A DNA stretch of 63,848 bases, counting the filler, from Licmophora abbreviata (taxonomy: Eukaryota), in NCBI GenBank assembly GCA_900291995.1. It is 5 parts of 5 records of this genome, joined end to end, with 100 filler letters (N's around TTAATTAATTAA, not from the genome) between each part and the next. Parts side by side here need not be neighbours in the genome. Positions count along the whole stretch, not along the records: positions 38,007 to 48,078 come from OLMU01004120.1; positions 48,179 to 61,464 come from OLMU01004123.1; 3 more parts are not named here. One strand, 5' to 3'. A program made the translations under genes and the position numbers. Shown here in pieces: positions 47,188 through 59,141 of the stretch. The stretch's first letter is position 1; every line of letters begins with the position of its first letter. The notes beneath the pieces are model-generated. The model had not been told where the DNA came from. It made no database searches and saw only the letters and a list, made by a program, of their open reading frames with translations.

Positions 47188-47475
47188 TGAGACAAATCAC
47201 AGTGCCAGGGTAGTACAATTCGAGAAAGGCGCCTGCTGTTGGTGGTCGTCGTCGCGTCGTGTGTCGTCGTGATTGTTTCCTCGTGTGTTCGCCAAGCAAA
47301 AATGACCGGCGAGCTCCACACAGTCTGGCCTCTCTCAGAATAGCTCGCGTGATTTTCGAACTTTCCCGCAAAACTGAAAACGAGAGAAAGTTTCAACTTT
47401 CAACTTTGAGCAGGCATCAGGCCAAATTCCAAATTCAATATCACAACAGCAGTCGAGTCTAGACTACGATCGACC

Positions 47476-48078
47476 ATGAGCAGCAGCTCGACACCGTCGG
47501 GCGCCGCTGTTTCCAGTGCAGACGCTGCCTCCGTGTCCCCGATACTTTCAATGCCTGAAATGCCATGTTCTCACAAATGCCGGTCGTGTGCGGACTGCAG
47601 TTGCGGAGAAAATTGCCAGTGCACCGAAACACTCTGTCGATGTCAAGCATCGTCGATACTCAACTCACTCCAGAAGGGTCGGGAAGCGCAGTGGGACATT
47701 CAAGGAATGACTTGTAAATCCTGTGTTCGTACTGTACAGTCTGTGTTGGGAAGGGATAGTCATGTGTCCTTGTCGGAGGGAACGGCCAAAGCGGATGTCG
47801 CGAGTCGCACACACGCAGAAGACCTTACGGGAGAGCTCATGGATGTCGGCTTTCAAGCTACCCTCCTGTCGGTTTCGGAGCCACACGACTCATGCGCAAG
47901 TCCGCAGCTGCGCTTTGTTTCTGGCCCTGTGTCTCCGGCGCGGCCTTGTTCCCATACTGCGGATGTATCGCAATCTCTTTTGGATTCTCCCACATGTCGG
48001 GCCCCGGCAGAAGATCCCCTGGCACCTCCACTGCCATCCTCACCTCCCTTGACGGTAAATACGCCTGCAACGCAAACT
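47476..48078 (+). CDS. Cys-rich plus HMA-domain protein, probably the N-terminus of a Cu-transporting P1B-ATPase; truncated at the gap
   Basis: CSHKCRSCADCSCGENCQCTETLCRC followed by IQGMTCKSCV...VSL.....DVGF. Confidence 0.75.
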
Positions 48079-48178
48079 NNNNNNNNNNNNNNNNNNNNNN
48101 NNNNNNNNNNNNNNNNNNNNNNTTAATTAATTAANNNNNNNNNNNNNNNNNNNNNNNNNNNNNNNNNNNNNNNNNNNN
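48079..48178. other. artificial assembly spacer
   Basis: N44-TTAATTAATTAA-N44. Confidence 0.98.
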
Positions 48179-49039
48179 AATCATTCAGTATCAGTACGTA
48201 GGCAACTGGTAGACCAGAGGTCTTCGCGCCGGCAAGCACCGACGATGTGAACTGAGCGCGCCAGAATTCTGAGCATTCGAGAGTCGAGTCGAGTAAGTCG
48301 AGTATATCGGGATCACCCGATTGACTCAATCGACTCGACTCAATTCACACTTCAAACTCCGACACCAGCCTAGAGACTCGACCCGACCCGACCCGGCCCA
48401 CTCACACAGCCTCATTCAAGTTGCATAGTAAAAGTAGTCTAGATCCGCTCGATCATGATCTTCGTCAAAGGAGTCACGATTCTCGCTCTAGCCCAAAGTT
48501 CTTGGATGTGAGCGCCCTTGGCGGAAGTTACCGAGAGAGACAGTTGACCTTCATTGGCCTACAAGCTAGCTAGCTAACGTAACGTTGCATCACTCTTGTA
48601 TAACTACGCCGCGGCAGTGCTACAAATCAATCAAAACCTACCAACATCTTAAGAATATGCTACTACTAGATCACTGCAAGAAAAGGAGGCTCCCCTGTCA
48701 AACATACAACAACAGCAACAAGGAGAAAAAACGACCACAATCCACACAAGCAAGAAAGTAGTGAGGATTCACAATTGTACATTAATAAGAGACACATTCT
48801 TCCATCAAAAGTCTAGTTCGTTCCACGACAATCCCTCAGAAGGAAGTCAGCATGACTGTTTTCGACATGTAAGCCTTCTCGAGTATATTGTTTTTGTAGA
48901 TATGCAAGAATCCTCATTGGGCGTGAACGATGATCATCATTCTTTGTTATCAACAACGTACCATATCTTGCAGTACGCAGCAAAGACTCCCAACCCATCC
49001 TTTCTCATTATCTAAGGCAACAAGCGACAATAGTAATAA

Positions 49040-49447
49040 TTAACTGTGAGAGGGGAGAAGACGATGGCATGAGCAAGCGTGTGCGCACAAGAATACCGAC
49101 GGTGCGGCGTATCGTTCATACAGAAAATACTTGTTACTAGTAGTAGAGTGTCTCGTTTCAAGCTACTGCACTTACGTTCCATCATCGTCGTCGTCCGAGA
49201 AGTCGCCAAGAGAGCGTGGGATTTGAGGTTCAGCCGACGAAGTTTGCAGGAGAGTGATATCAAGCGCTCGACTTGCCGTAATCGCCAGTGTTCGTCTCCA
49301 TTCCAGTCGATGCAGTTGCGAATATTGTGTTGTTGTCGGTGCTCTTGTTCTCCTTGTTACTGCTATTGTTCTAGTAGTAGCGTTTGTTGCGGCTCGTCGT
49401 AGAGCCCCTCGGACTACTGCGGTGGCGCGGAATGCTGTGTTCAGCAT
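49040..49447 (-). CDS. small (91 aa) probably mitochondrial protein ending DDDDDGT; intron 49044-49175 inside the last codon
   Basis: R/T/A-rich presequence-like N-terminus and acidic tail; GTAAGT donor and polypyrimidine-CACAG acceptor. Confidence 0.65.
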
Positions 49448-49910
49448 AATGATGTCAATGTACAATGATTGCAGCTGCGAGTAATGTTCGTATCGAGTTC
49501 TCTGAGAAAACAGTCGACGCGCAAAAGGACTACTAGTGAAGAGAGTGGACTGGTTCAATCGGGAGGGCAAGGGGAAGAAGGTCGTAGCTGCTGTAGAGGA
49601 CTAGACTGCGGAGCGACTCGAGATCGTCATCAGCAACAAGTATGATGAAAGTCAGTTTCAAAGTTGGCAGAAAAAAGCAGCGGCTCCCGAGTGGCTGATC
49701 TGTCCGTCTGTAAGACGCACGAGCTCCGTTCTCGCGCTCTTTGTTCTCAATAAAAATGCGAGGGTTTTGGCGGGTCATTATTTCAATTTGTTGTCTTCGG
49801 CGACAAGCACCATGATGGCGAAGGAATGAGCGAAACGGCTCGTTGTCATTGTCGTAGTGGATCCCACACGTAGACGGACTCTTCCTACTACTATCAGTGC
49901 ACTTTGAAAT

Positions 49911-51288
49911 ATGCCATCGTCGATGTTTTCGCGTCGCCGTATGACTGTCTTGCGCAACGTGCTCTTCCTTGTTCCACTTGCCTTGCTCATTTGGGAACAC
50001 TCGGTCGGTACGCTACTCGTCTTGCAGAAAGAGGATGCGCGGGTGCCATTGGAGGTCGAAAGTATCCTTCCCTTATTGATCTTCAACAAGACGATTAGTA
50101 GCAGTAGCAGCATCAACAGTGGCGCTACAGAGGCAGCAGCACCAGCCACATTGTTGCATCGCCGACAGGACCATGTCGACGAGACGCTTCCCCGCGTTCC
50201 GATTGAAGTACTGACTCGCTCCAACGAAGCATCTACATGTAAACATGGCTTGATTGCGATACAAGACCGTCACATCCCACAGAACAACAATGATCGACGC
50301 TTGATTCCACGCATCGTCCACCAGACGTCTCGATCTCGATGCGTGACGCGCAACATGGCTAGAATTACCAAGGGTTGGCTCTTACAGGAAGACGATCAGG
50401 ACACCTCGACAGAATGGTCTTACTACTTTCACGATGATGCCAGTGTCAATGACTTGTTTCTCTTGGACTGGCCCGAGTTTCCGCATCTCCATCATGTACT
50501 CGCGTGCCTGCAGTCGGGAACCATGCGTGCCGATCTATGGCGATATCTCGTCTTGTATGAATACGGAGGAGTCTACGCTGATCTCGACACCAAACCCAAC
50601 AAATTTACTCCCAATATGATTATCAACACGACGGATGGATTCTTTGTAGTCGAACAGTATCATATACTGAGTCAATGGTGCGTGTGCCTATGAAACGTTG
50701 CATGTGTGAAGAGGGATGCGATTCTTTCTCGCAAAGACTTTCTCATCAACTCTCGCTCGCTCGCTCTCTCATTCATACTCTTTCTCAAAATTTAGGTTCA
50801 TGGCCATGTCTCCACGTCATCCCCTCATGTACTATACCATTCAGCATGCACTCCTCAGTATACTACAACAATTGGACACGTCCACCATGGACGCCCCGTA
50901 CGTTACTGGACCACACGCTCTGTTACACGGCTACAGCACCTTTCGCAAAGACGTTGGCGTCATAGTTCCTAGGTCGGTCCCTAAGAACAAGTGCGTCAAG
51001 GCGGGAAATTGGGTCGGTACGGACCAGCGGAGTATTACCGTCGTGGGAGTTGGGGAGAATGAAAAGGAATTTGTCATTCGTGAGGCCATTACGCGACCCC
51101 ACAAGATTCAAGAATACCAACAAATGGGTATGAAACATTTTTCGGGAGAAACGACTGATAAGCAGGGGCGCATTTGTTTATCGGCAATATATCACGAGCA
51201 CATGGACCGGCGTGTTCTTGGTACTGGGAACGCGACCGAGGGTAGACGACGTCTCTCAGAGAGCGTCACACCGTGGCCGGGGCTGTAG
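49911..51288 (+). CDS. GT32 (DXD, OCH1-like) glycosyltransferase; intron 50678-50795
   Basis: IPRIVHQTS, RADLWRYLVLYEYGGVYADLD, QWFMAMSPRHP, VTGPHAL; N-terminal TM. Confidence 0.9.
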
Positions 51289-51401
51289 TCCGAGTGTAGC
51301 ATACCGGAAGAAACGTGCAAACTACTAGGTGCAATTTAGATTCTTATACATTTGAATTTATATTCTCTAAGTAAACCAAGCTTCCACTTCCGTTTGACCA
51401 A

Positions 51402-53972
51402 CTACACATAACAACGGTCGCAACAAGCGCACACGACCTCGGGAGGGTCGCCTGCGCAATCTGATGTCAAATATATTCGATCGCCAGGAGGTATTCCTCG
51501 GCTACAAAGCTCCTCTGAAATAGTCCCCCTCAGCTCGTTTCCATGCAACAATAACTCCTCTGTCAACGACAGTACAAAATAGTTTGGGGTGGGTCAGAGA
51601 GTACAGGGTATGACAACGTGCCATCGGCGACAAGAAGCATGTCCCAAACATTAGTCACAACACTCACCCAAATCCAGCAAGAAGTCAAAGTCCGAAGGGA
51701 CTGGACCAGTGAACGTGTTGTCGTTCAAGTGCAGATCTGTCATATCCACCAGTTGCGCAAAACTTCGTCCGGCAGTCTCCGCTACGCTCCCAGTCACGTT
51801 CACAGTAGCACTGTAACCCGTAAGATTGCCCGTGAATTGTGCATTGTTGAGAAATAAGCGCCGCAACGTTGTAAGAGAAAACAGTTCCGACGGTAGAGTA
51901 CCGCTAAACCCCGTCGCATTCAGTCCCAGCTCGCGCAGTCTTGTCAGTTGTCCAATTAACGAAGGAATGCTCCCGACCAATTCATTGTCGTCGAGCCGCA
52001 ACCGTATCAGGTCGGTACGAGTGTAGAGCTCGGCTGGGACCTCGCCCTCGAGACGATTCTTCTGGAGCTCCAGGACGCCTGTCATTAAGAAGATCAATAG
52101 CAGAAACGACTAGTCATTAGTGTGAGTTGTACCGTATGAGACAAGTCAGGAAGATACAAAGCACACGACACACATACCCAGCACCGGCATACTTCCTAAC
52201 TCGCTAGGAATATTGCCTGTAAAGTTAGAGTCTTCCATTCGAATGTCCGAGAGCACTGGCAGCGTCGTCAAAACGGTGGGGATTTGACCTCCCAGCATGC
52301 GGTTCCGCCCAATGAGAAGAGTCGTCAGCGACGTAGTTCCCACGAAGGTGTCTGGAGCAATCGTTCCAGTAAACTCGTTGCCGGGAACAATCAACGCTAG
52401 CAAATTGGAAAAGTTGGAGAGGAACGTTGGGAGCGTGCCTCTCAAAAAGTTCTCTTGAATGAAAATGGTATGAATGTCGGTCAATAGCGAAATTTCAAAC
52501 GGAAGCGTCCCAATCATGTTGTTACCCTGACGATCTGAAAAGAACAACTGATCGACACTATCGTCGTCGTTGCATCGAATGCCAAACCATTCGCACTCCT
52601 GCGTTGCAGATAGCCACTTGTCATTGAACGTCCAGTCTTTGCCTGCGAGAGCAAAGAAGAACGTAGCGAGATAGTAACGCTGCAAGAGCTGCCCACTACC
52701 GACTGCTAGCTCAGGATCGATCATATCCTCCTCGGCCACCCACGATGCTGCTTGGTACTGCGGACTGCTTCGATCGAGAAACACGTCCGCACCCGAAATG
52801 GGAACCAAAAGGTCCAGAAGTTGGTCAAATTTTGTTGATGTTGGCGCTAACGTCGGCATGGACGACGGGGCCATTGATGGCATGGCCGTAGGCGCGAACT
52901 CGTCGTCGCCCCCAATCAGCATCGCGGTGGGTACCACAATTGCCACGACGATAACAATCATGGCAATACATCCATAGCGGCGAAGCTTCCTATATTTCTT
53001 TTGTTCGAACGCTTCTTCTTCCTGCTCGGTCATTACCACAGCTACACCACCCGCCTCCACCACTTCCTGACGTTCAGGAGCGATAAATGCTTGGAGCGTC
53101 GCCATGTTGGCATTCGCTTCCCCGTGCTCGACCGGAGGATGATATTCACCCTGCGGTCCTGTCACACCAGCGACATGCTGGCCACCATCCACCAGATTTA
53201 TATGGGCTGCACTTGCAATGGGCGCCGGAGGTTGCACAATTCCAGCCGCCGCTGCAACTGTGGGCACAGTATTGCTAGGAGCCTCCTGCGAACCCTCCAC
53301 ATCACCCTGCGGTCCTGTCACACCAGCGACATGCTGGCCACCATCCACCAGATTTATATGGGCTGCACTTGCAATGGGCGCCGGAGGTTGCACAATTCCA
53401 GCCGCCGCTGCAACTGTGGGCACAGTATTGCTAGGAGCCTCCTGCGAACCCTCCACATCAGTGGCCTCCCCACGTGCGGCTCTTCCAGCGGCAAGCTGCA
53501 AGCCCGTGTTAGACTTCCCTTTCCCCTTTGACGTGTGCGCAGCAACGGCTGCAGCACGAGATGACTTGGCCGTACCTGAACTAGAGGCAGTAGGATCGTC
53601 GCTACTAGGCACAGCACCTGCAGTTCTGGCTCTACCGGGGGAAAGCTGTAAGCCTTTGCTAGGCGTATCATCGCCCTCTGAGGTGTGTGCAGTAGAGGCT
53701 GAGGCACGAGCGGCCTTAGGAGGTGCAGGATCAGTACCTAAACCAGTGGAAGCACCCGCTGCCGCACCTCCAGTTGCGCCCGGGATATTTGCAGAGGCTT
53801 CCGTCTTCTTTTGGAATGCTGGATCCCTTTTGTCGAATGAAACGCCCGGTGCAGATGAAGTAGCACGAGCTGCAGTCGCACTTCTTCGTGCCGCCGCAGC
53901 CGCACGAGACGCCTTGGATTTGGCGGTGTCGCCTTTCGAGACGCCCAACTTTTTCTCGTCGTCACTTGGCAT
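51402..53972 (-). CDS. diatom-type LRR type II membrane protein; introns 52079-52177 and 51560-51667
   Basis: SPQYQAASWV, LLQRYYLATFFF, ECEWFGIRC LRR N-cap, plant-type LRRs (N.L.GTIP); inferred terminal exon ends LTSDC...VVCACCDRCYV*. Confidence 0.9.
53146..53460. repeat. perfect 156-bp tandem duplication (2 x 52 aa) within the LRR gene
   Basis: Units starting at 53146 and 53302 read identically. Confidence 0.95.
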
Positions 53973-54567
53973 GCTCTCTCAAATCTGTTTTTAGAGATGG
54001 ACCAGGAAACTACAGAAACTGGCGAAGAGGAGCAAGCCCACAAAAGCTCGCGACTAAGGTGTCCGTCGGTACACAGATTTGAGCTGTTCCAATAGAAAAG
54101 GCGATGCCGGGAGCGCCAAGCGGTCGTTTCAGACCTTCAGCTAAACACTGGAAACCTGAAAAGGAGACTCTGAAGCATGCGAGGGAAGGCACAAGGCGAA
54201 TCGAGTCCTAACTTCAAGCGCGATGCAAGTTCTTTGCGTGAAGTTACGAAGTGTGTTTTTTTGACGATCCGGCGTAAGATATTTCGGTCTTTCCGTGACC
54301 AAGGTAGATACTTCTCGTAGCTTTATACGCACACAAAACTTGCCACCACGACTGATGACTCGCGACTCGAAGTTTGAAGTTTCGTTTCGGTCTTGGCTAA
54401 AGATACCTACCGCACGTAGACCGTGGTACTTAGTCTACGAGAAGAGCCAGATCCCAATGTCCAAACTTCAAATTTCAATTTTTAATTTTTGGAATGATGT
54501 CTGGACGAAGCACCCCGTTCAAGCAACAGCGGAAGGGTGGACGCAATAAGGACGAAGCACCAACAGG

Positions 54568-55476
54568 ATGGGAAATCAGGCATCCTCCGCCGCCTCCTCT
54601 GGGGCTCCTCTGATACAGCCCCTGTTGGCGTCGCAAGCAGGCTCACTGTGGACGATGCGAGGAAAGCAGAAATTCTTTGGCGGCATGATGGAGATTGGTG
54701 GATTCGGCGTCATCGCGAGACTGCCGCACAGTACGTCTCTGGCCGTCATTAACCCAATTGAACTTACTGATTCACTTCTCACAGAGGTGAACGATCTTCA
54801 GGAAGAAACCAAATCCCGGATACAGGTGCTTGTGAGTCCAGGCGACTGGCATCACTTGCACATCATGAAATGGGTGGAGACATTTCCGGCCGCGAAAGTG
54901 TATGTGGCCAGTGACCGCGTGCTACAAAAACAGCCAGCACTGTCTACAAAAGGAGCCATTGTAATGAACCGACTGTGTCCAGAGGTCCCAGAACTCTCCG
55001 AATCGTTCGATATAATCCCCTTCCTGGGATGTCAGCAGCCGCAATGGATCTTGGGAGGTGACCGCTCGGGGACAGATCGGGTCGAGCATGTCCTGTTTCA
55101 CAAGCAAACGCGTACACTCTTCATTACGGATCATCTGTTCGCTCCTTCAGCCAGTAAGACGGACCCCATGCACAGTTGGACGTATCCCATGAAGCTCATG
55201 TGCAACACGGGCGGTTTTCGCATCAAGAACGCCAACGAGGCAGCAGACAGTGCAATGCGTGTGTTGGACAAGCGCCCGAAGAACGTGGTATTTTCTCATG
55301 GTACGGTATCTACGTTCGCCATTAATGACATCGATATACGGGAGCGGCTCGAACCAACCTACAATCACGAAGAAGACCATGAAGAGACAACTGTTCACAC
55401 ACTTCTGTCAAAAGCATACTCCTACCACTTTCTCAAAGGGCGACAAAGTGAGTCTAGCCAGCGCAAAGAAGGGTAA
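54568..55476 (+). CDS. DUF4336-like (metallo-beta-lactamase-fold-like) protein, possibly N-myristoylated
   Basis: NPIELT, VSPGDWHHLHIMKWVETFPAAKVY, EHVLFHKQTRTLFITD, FSHG; MGNQAS N-terminus. Confidence 0.75.
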   Translation: MGNQASSAASSGAPLIQPLLASQAGSLWTMRGKQKFFGGMMEIGGFGVIARLPHSTSLAVINPIELTDSLLTEVNDLQEETKSRIQVLVSPGDWHHLHIMKWVETFPAAKVYVASDRVLQKQPALSTKGAIVMNRLCPEVPELSESFDIIPFLGCQQPQWILGGDRSGTDRVEHVLFHKQTRTLFITDHLFAPSASKTDPMHSWTYPMKLMCNTGGFRIKNANEAADSAMRVLDKRPKNVVFSHGTVSTFAINDIDIRERLEPTYNHEEDHEETTVHTLLSKAYSYHFLKGRQSESSQRKEG

Positions 55477-55796
55477 ACCAATGACAGCAGCTCGTCCTGT
55501 ATCCCACGGTTTAAGCGCGCTCTCATGGCCAATTGTCTCTGGCGTCGAGTTGGTATTGAGACGGTGCGATCGCCCCTATCTGTGCGAGCTTGTGGTCCTC
55601 GACTCGATGCGATGCCTTAAATACGATGGGTCCTTTCTGACGGCCTTACGAAGCACCATGTAAAATCCTCTTCAAGTTCTAGTCGCGGGGCTCGACTTTA
55701 GCACGCGAGCGACGTGTTCAACACGCCGAGCACGCAAGTACAGCTGTAGTACAGCACTAGTAGTGCAGAGGTACGATTGCATGTTACCGTAAGACT

Positions 55797-56319
55797 CTAG
55801 CTATTCTCTAGAGAGTTCGAGATTCGTTTGTTCACAAGTGCACTGAGCTTTTGAGCTTGTTTAGGATATTGCTTTGAGAGCATCCGGACCAGACCAGCGG
55901 CTCGCTCACTCATGTCCTCTGTTTGCACTGCATCTGGGTCATGCGCAACTAGAATTCCCAAAACGCTCTCCGAGCCATTGTATCGCACAACATAGTAAGG
56001 AGGCGAATGGCCCTTTTTGTCTAGTCTTGACACATTGCCATCAGTTGGATGCAGCACTAGTACCCGCACGACATCGATCGGTGCTTTGAAACGACAGGCG
56101 TAGTGTGCAGCGGTGTCATTCCCTTCCATCCTCAACCATCAGAAGGCCTTCGGGAAAGGCCCGTATCAGAGCTTCCACTAGCCCAGAATCAGTACAGCGC
56201 CGATAGCACACATGATACAGTGCTACCCATCCATCATCCATCCATCCGGACCGACGGCGTGCCGCGGGTGAGACGAGGAGGAGCGTCATACTGATGGGGC
56301 CGTCGCGAGCCCCGACCAA
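55797..56319 (-). pseudogene. degraded ankyrin-like repeat gene fragment
   Basis: Two overlapping frames (ALYHVCYRR...LVEALIRAFPEGL and TAAHYACRFKAPIDVVRVL...DKKGHSP) joined by an apparent frameshift near 56130; no clean start. Confidence 0.5.
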
Positions 56320-57186
56320 TTCGCATTACAGGCTGCATCGTAAATAGCCGACTCTTCTCGATTCAGCCCACTTCTCCTCTGACGCCATTAAGGTGTTATG
56401 AAGTATAGTAATCACACTCACTAGGAAGCATCAATCGTTCTTCTTGTACCGGTATGTGAAGTCGAGGCAATCGCAGGAGCGCTCTTCCTTGCCGAGAGTC
56501 CAACAGCGTTCTTTTCCTTTCTCGCTACCGGTACCGCTACGACACGAATTACACATGATCTCCATCCCAGAACCGTTGCACGTACTCCCTGAGGCTTACG
56601 TCGTACCGTGGTATGCTGTTAACAGGACCAAGTTGAAAGTACAAGTCGGCCCGAGTGAGTCGAGTCTCAGTCTAGGAATGCCCATCATCGCGTTCCATTC
56701 GTCGTTGTAGCGCGCGCAAAAAATTGGTGTTCGTATCTCAAGAAATCCTGTTGAATGTTTAATGAAGACTCACGTAGGGATGACAATTCATAGTCGCGAG
56801 CGTCGCGTTACTTTAAGCGTGAGTGAATGTCCATCGGCCTGTCATCATGCTGTGTCTTCTGGTACACGCCTTACAAATAAGTTTTTCACGCGCGACATTT
56901 CATTCACTAGTGTTTGAATGTCGCGCATCCGATGGATTCGTCCCAAAAGCACTGCATATACACACAAATCGGACTGCATCTGACCGAGGCAAGCCCTTCT
57001 CGTTATCCGGTCCAAACCATCAGCAGTCCCGGTGTTCCTCATTTTCCCTAGGGCGCAATCCCATCCATTGTTGAAAGCACTTCGTTCACCATGGAGCCTG
57101 TCCATCAGCGTTGTCCACCCCGCATGAAAGACAGATGTTCGCTCTCTGAACGTCGCCAGAACTCCAAGCGGCAATCGCCGTCTACG

Positions 57187-58653
57187 ATGCAACTATTTAT
57201 TAGCGTGGTCTTGGTGGCGGCGTACTTGGACATATCAGAACGTCTCTTCCTTCCGTTCACGACCACCGTGGGCCCGATAGTTGGTCAAGATTCTCTCGTA
57301 GGTAGGGTCTCGGGGCGAGCGCTGGCTCATACTATGCGAAACTTGCACCCGCCGTCAAGTGCAAATGCGACTTCGAAATATCATGTCATCTTCCCAACTG
57401 CATGTTGGGAGTACGAGAACTGGCAATCATACGTCTTTTTCTATCACGCTCTCAAGTCGGGACAGCAAGGAACCATCACTCGCATAGCGTCGGGCTGCTC
57501 AAGTACCAAAAGGGAGGCCTCTCAACGATTCTTCCGAGAGCATATACAACCCATGTCGGATCGATTCCGTTTCCACGTCACTCCGAACTACGCGAGCAAA
57601 TTGAGACACGACAATGAGAAGCAGTATACGAATTTCAATATTCCTTTCGGCGTACTGCACTGGTTGGAGGATAAGGAAGCGCTACACTACCCAAAAGCCA
57701 AGGGGACGAGCGTCGACGACGACGTGGTGATTCTCATGACTCTTGATCAGTTGCTCCTCAGACCGTTCACCGACGACTTTTCCGAATCCACGGAAGTTTG
57801 GTACGACAAGGAACGACATCCGAACCAAACAAATCCCCTTAAGGTTCAACAAGGATTACCATTTGCTCAGGCTTACAGGCTGTCGTACGAGAAAAACGGC
57901 ACTGCCTTGTTCCCAAACGTGACAGACATTACGCTAGACAAGAAGTCTCCTGCCAATAATATTTCACGAAACGACACGAGTCATCACTTCCAGTACGGCC
58001 CCCCGTACATTGCCACAGCTCGAGATATGTACCGGATTACCCAGAAATGGACCGAATTTGTGCCCCGGGTGCACGACGTGAATCCTGACATATCGGCAGA
58101 GATGGTACGTACTCGTAGTGCTCTGAAGGAGTGTACTCGACCGAAGGAAGCTAACGTTCACGCCCACTCTTCACAGTACGCCTACGCTATTGCTTCTGCG
58201 CACTTGGGTCTTCGTCATCAAACTGCAAGATCGTTCATGGTCGCGGATGTGAACAAGAACACAACTGAGGCGTGGTCTCTGGTGGACGTCGTTCCGAAAA
58301 ACGATGTATGCAGGCTCAACTCGTATGAGCACATGCCTCATACGATCCGCTATAATCAAGAATACAAATTGGGGAAACATTACTTTCACGCTGAGAAAAT
58401 TCCGGAGCGCTTTGTCTCATGCGAATCGGGCTTGTTACGAGAGCCATCAGAGAACCTAGGCCAAATAAGCTACTACATGGAACCTGGAGAGTACGGGCGG
58501 CGGTTGGCACCTGCCGATCTACGTAAGCGAAATGCCTTTGCCCTTTGCAGCCTGCTCCCTGGGTTGAACGAAGCCTCTGAAAACTTCAAGCAATACCACT
58601 GTGACGCTGCGACAGCCAACTTCAGCAAGAGCGTACAGTTCACAATGATGTGA
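57187..58653 (+). CDS. peptidyl-serine galactosyltransferase / Hyp-arabinosyltransferase-like protein, copy A; in-frame intron 58105-58176
   Basis: YHVIFPTAC..YENWQS, SGQQGTITRIASGC, GPPYIA, W.EFVPRV, AEMYAY. Confidence 0.8.
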   Translation: MQLFISVVLVAAYLDISERLFLPFTTTVGPIVGQDSLVGRVSGRALAHTMRNLHPPSSANATSKYHVIFPTACWEYENWQSYVFFYHALKSGQQGTITRIASGCSSTKREASQRFFREHIQPMSDRFRFHVTPNYASKLRHDNEKQYTNFNIPFGVLHWLEDKEALHYPKAKGTSVDDDVVILMTLDQLLLRPFTDDFSESTEVWYDKERHPNQTNPLKVQQGLPFAQAYRLSYEKNGTALFPNVTDITLDKKSPANNISRNDTSHHFQYGPPYIATARDMYRITQKWTEFVPRVHDVNPDISAEMVRTRSALKECTRPKEANVHAHSSQYAYAIASAHLGLRHQTARSFMVADVNKNTTEAWSLVDVVPKNDVCRLNSYEHMPHTIRYNQEYKLGKHYFHAEKIPERFVSCESGLLREPSENLGQISYYMEPGEYGRRLAPADLRKRNAFALCSLLPGLNEASENFKQYHCDAATANFSKSVQFTMM

Positions 58654-59141
58654 CCTCAAAGAGATGCTCACTATGATACCTACGTCGTAGCACATTCCGG
58701 TTGGCACTGGCGGAAGGCGTTCTCCACCTGATCTATCTCTTGTCTTGGAGTCAGTCTGGAAGTCCTGATGACAGCATCATTCGTACTTTAATTTTTTCCT
58801 TTTCTAAACTATATTCAGTATGATAGGAACGAGCTGTATATAATATATACCTTACTTATAGCCCAAACAGTTGACTCACTCATCTTGTATGTTATGCATG
58901 TCGATTTCGGATTTGATGCTCGTGTCTCACATAATTTTCAATTTCGCGCAAAACTTTTGTTTCTATTCAGTGCCGTGCGTGATTCGAAAGAAGTATGCGG
59001 CGTGATGGCGAAGCCTTGCGAAACTTCCCGTGGAGCACTTGTTATGAATGATGTAACTACTGTGGTGATACCGTAAAACACGAACATACCTACCTGGTAT
59101 TGGTCATTTCAACGCGGTAGCTTCTTCCAAGGAGGGTGATC

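Noticed and set aside
53218..53994. 258-aa antisense ORF with a duplicated segment
   Set aside because: Shadow of the Ala-rich LRR N-terminus and its 156-bp repeat
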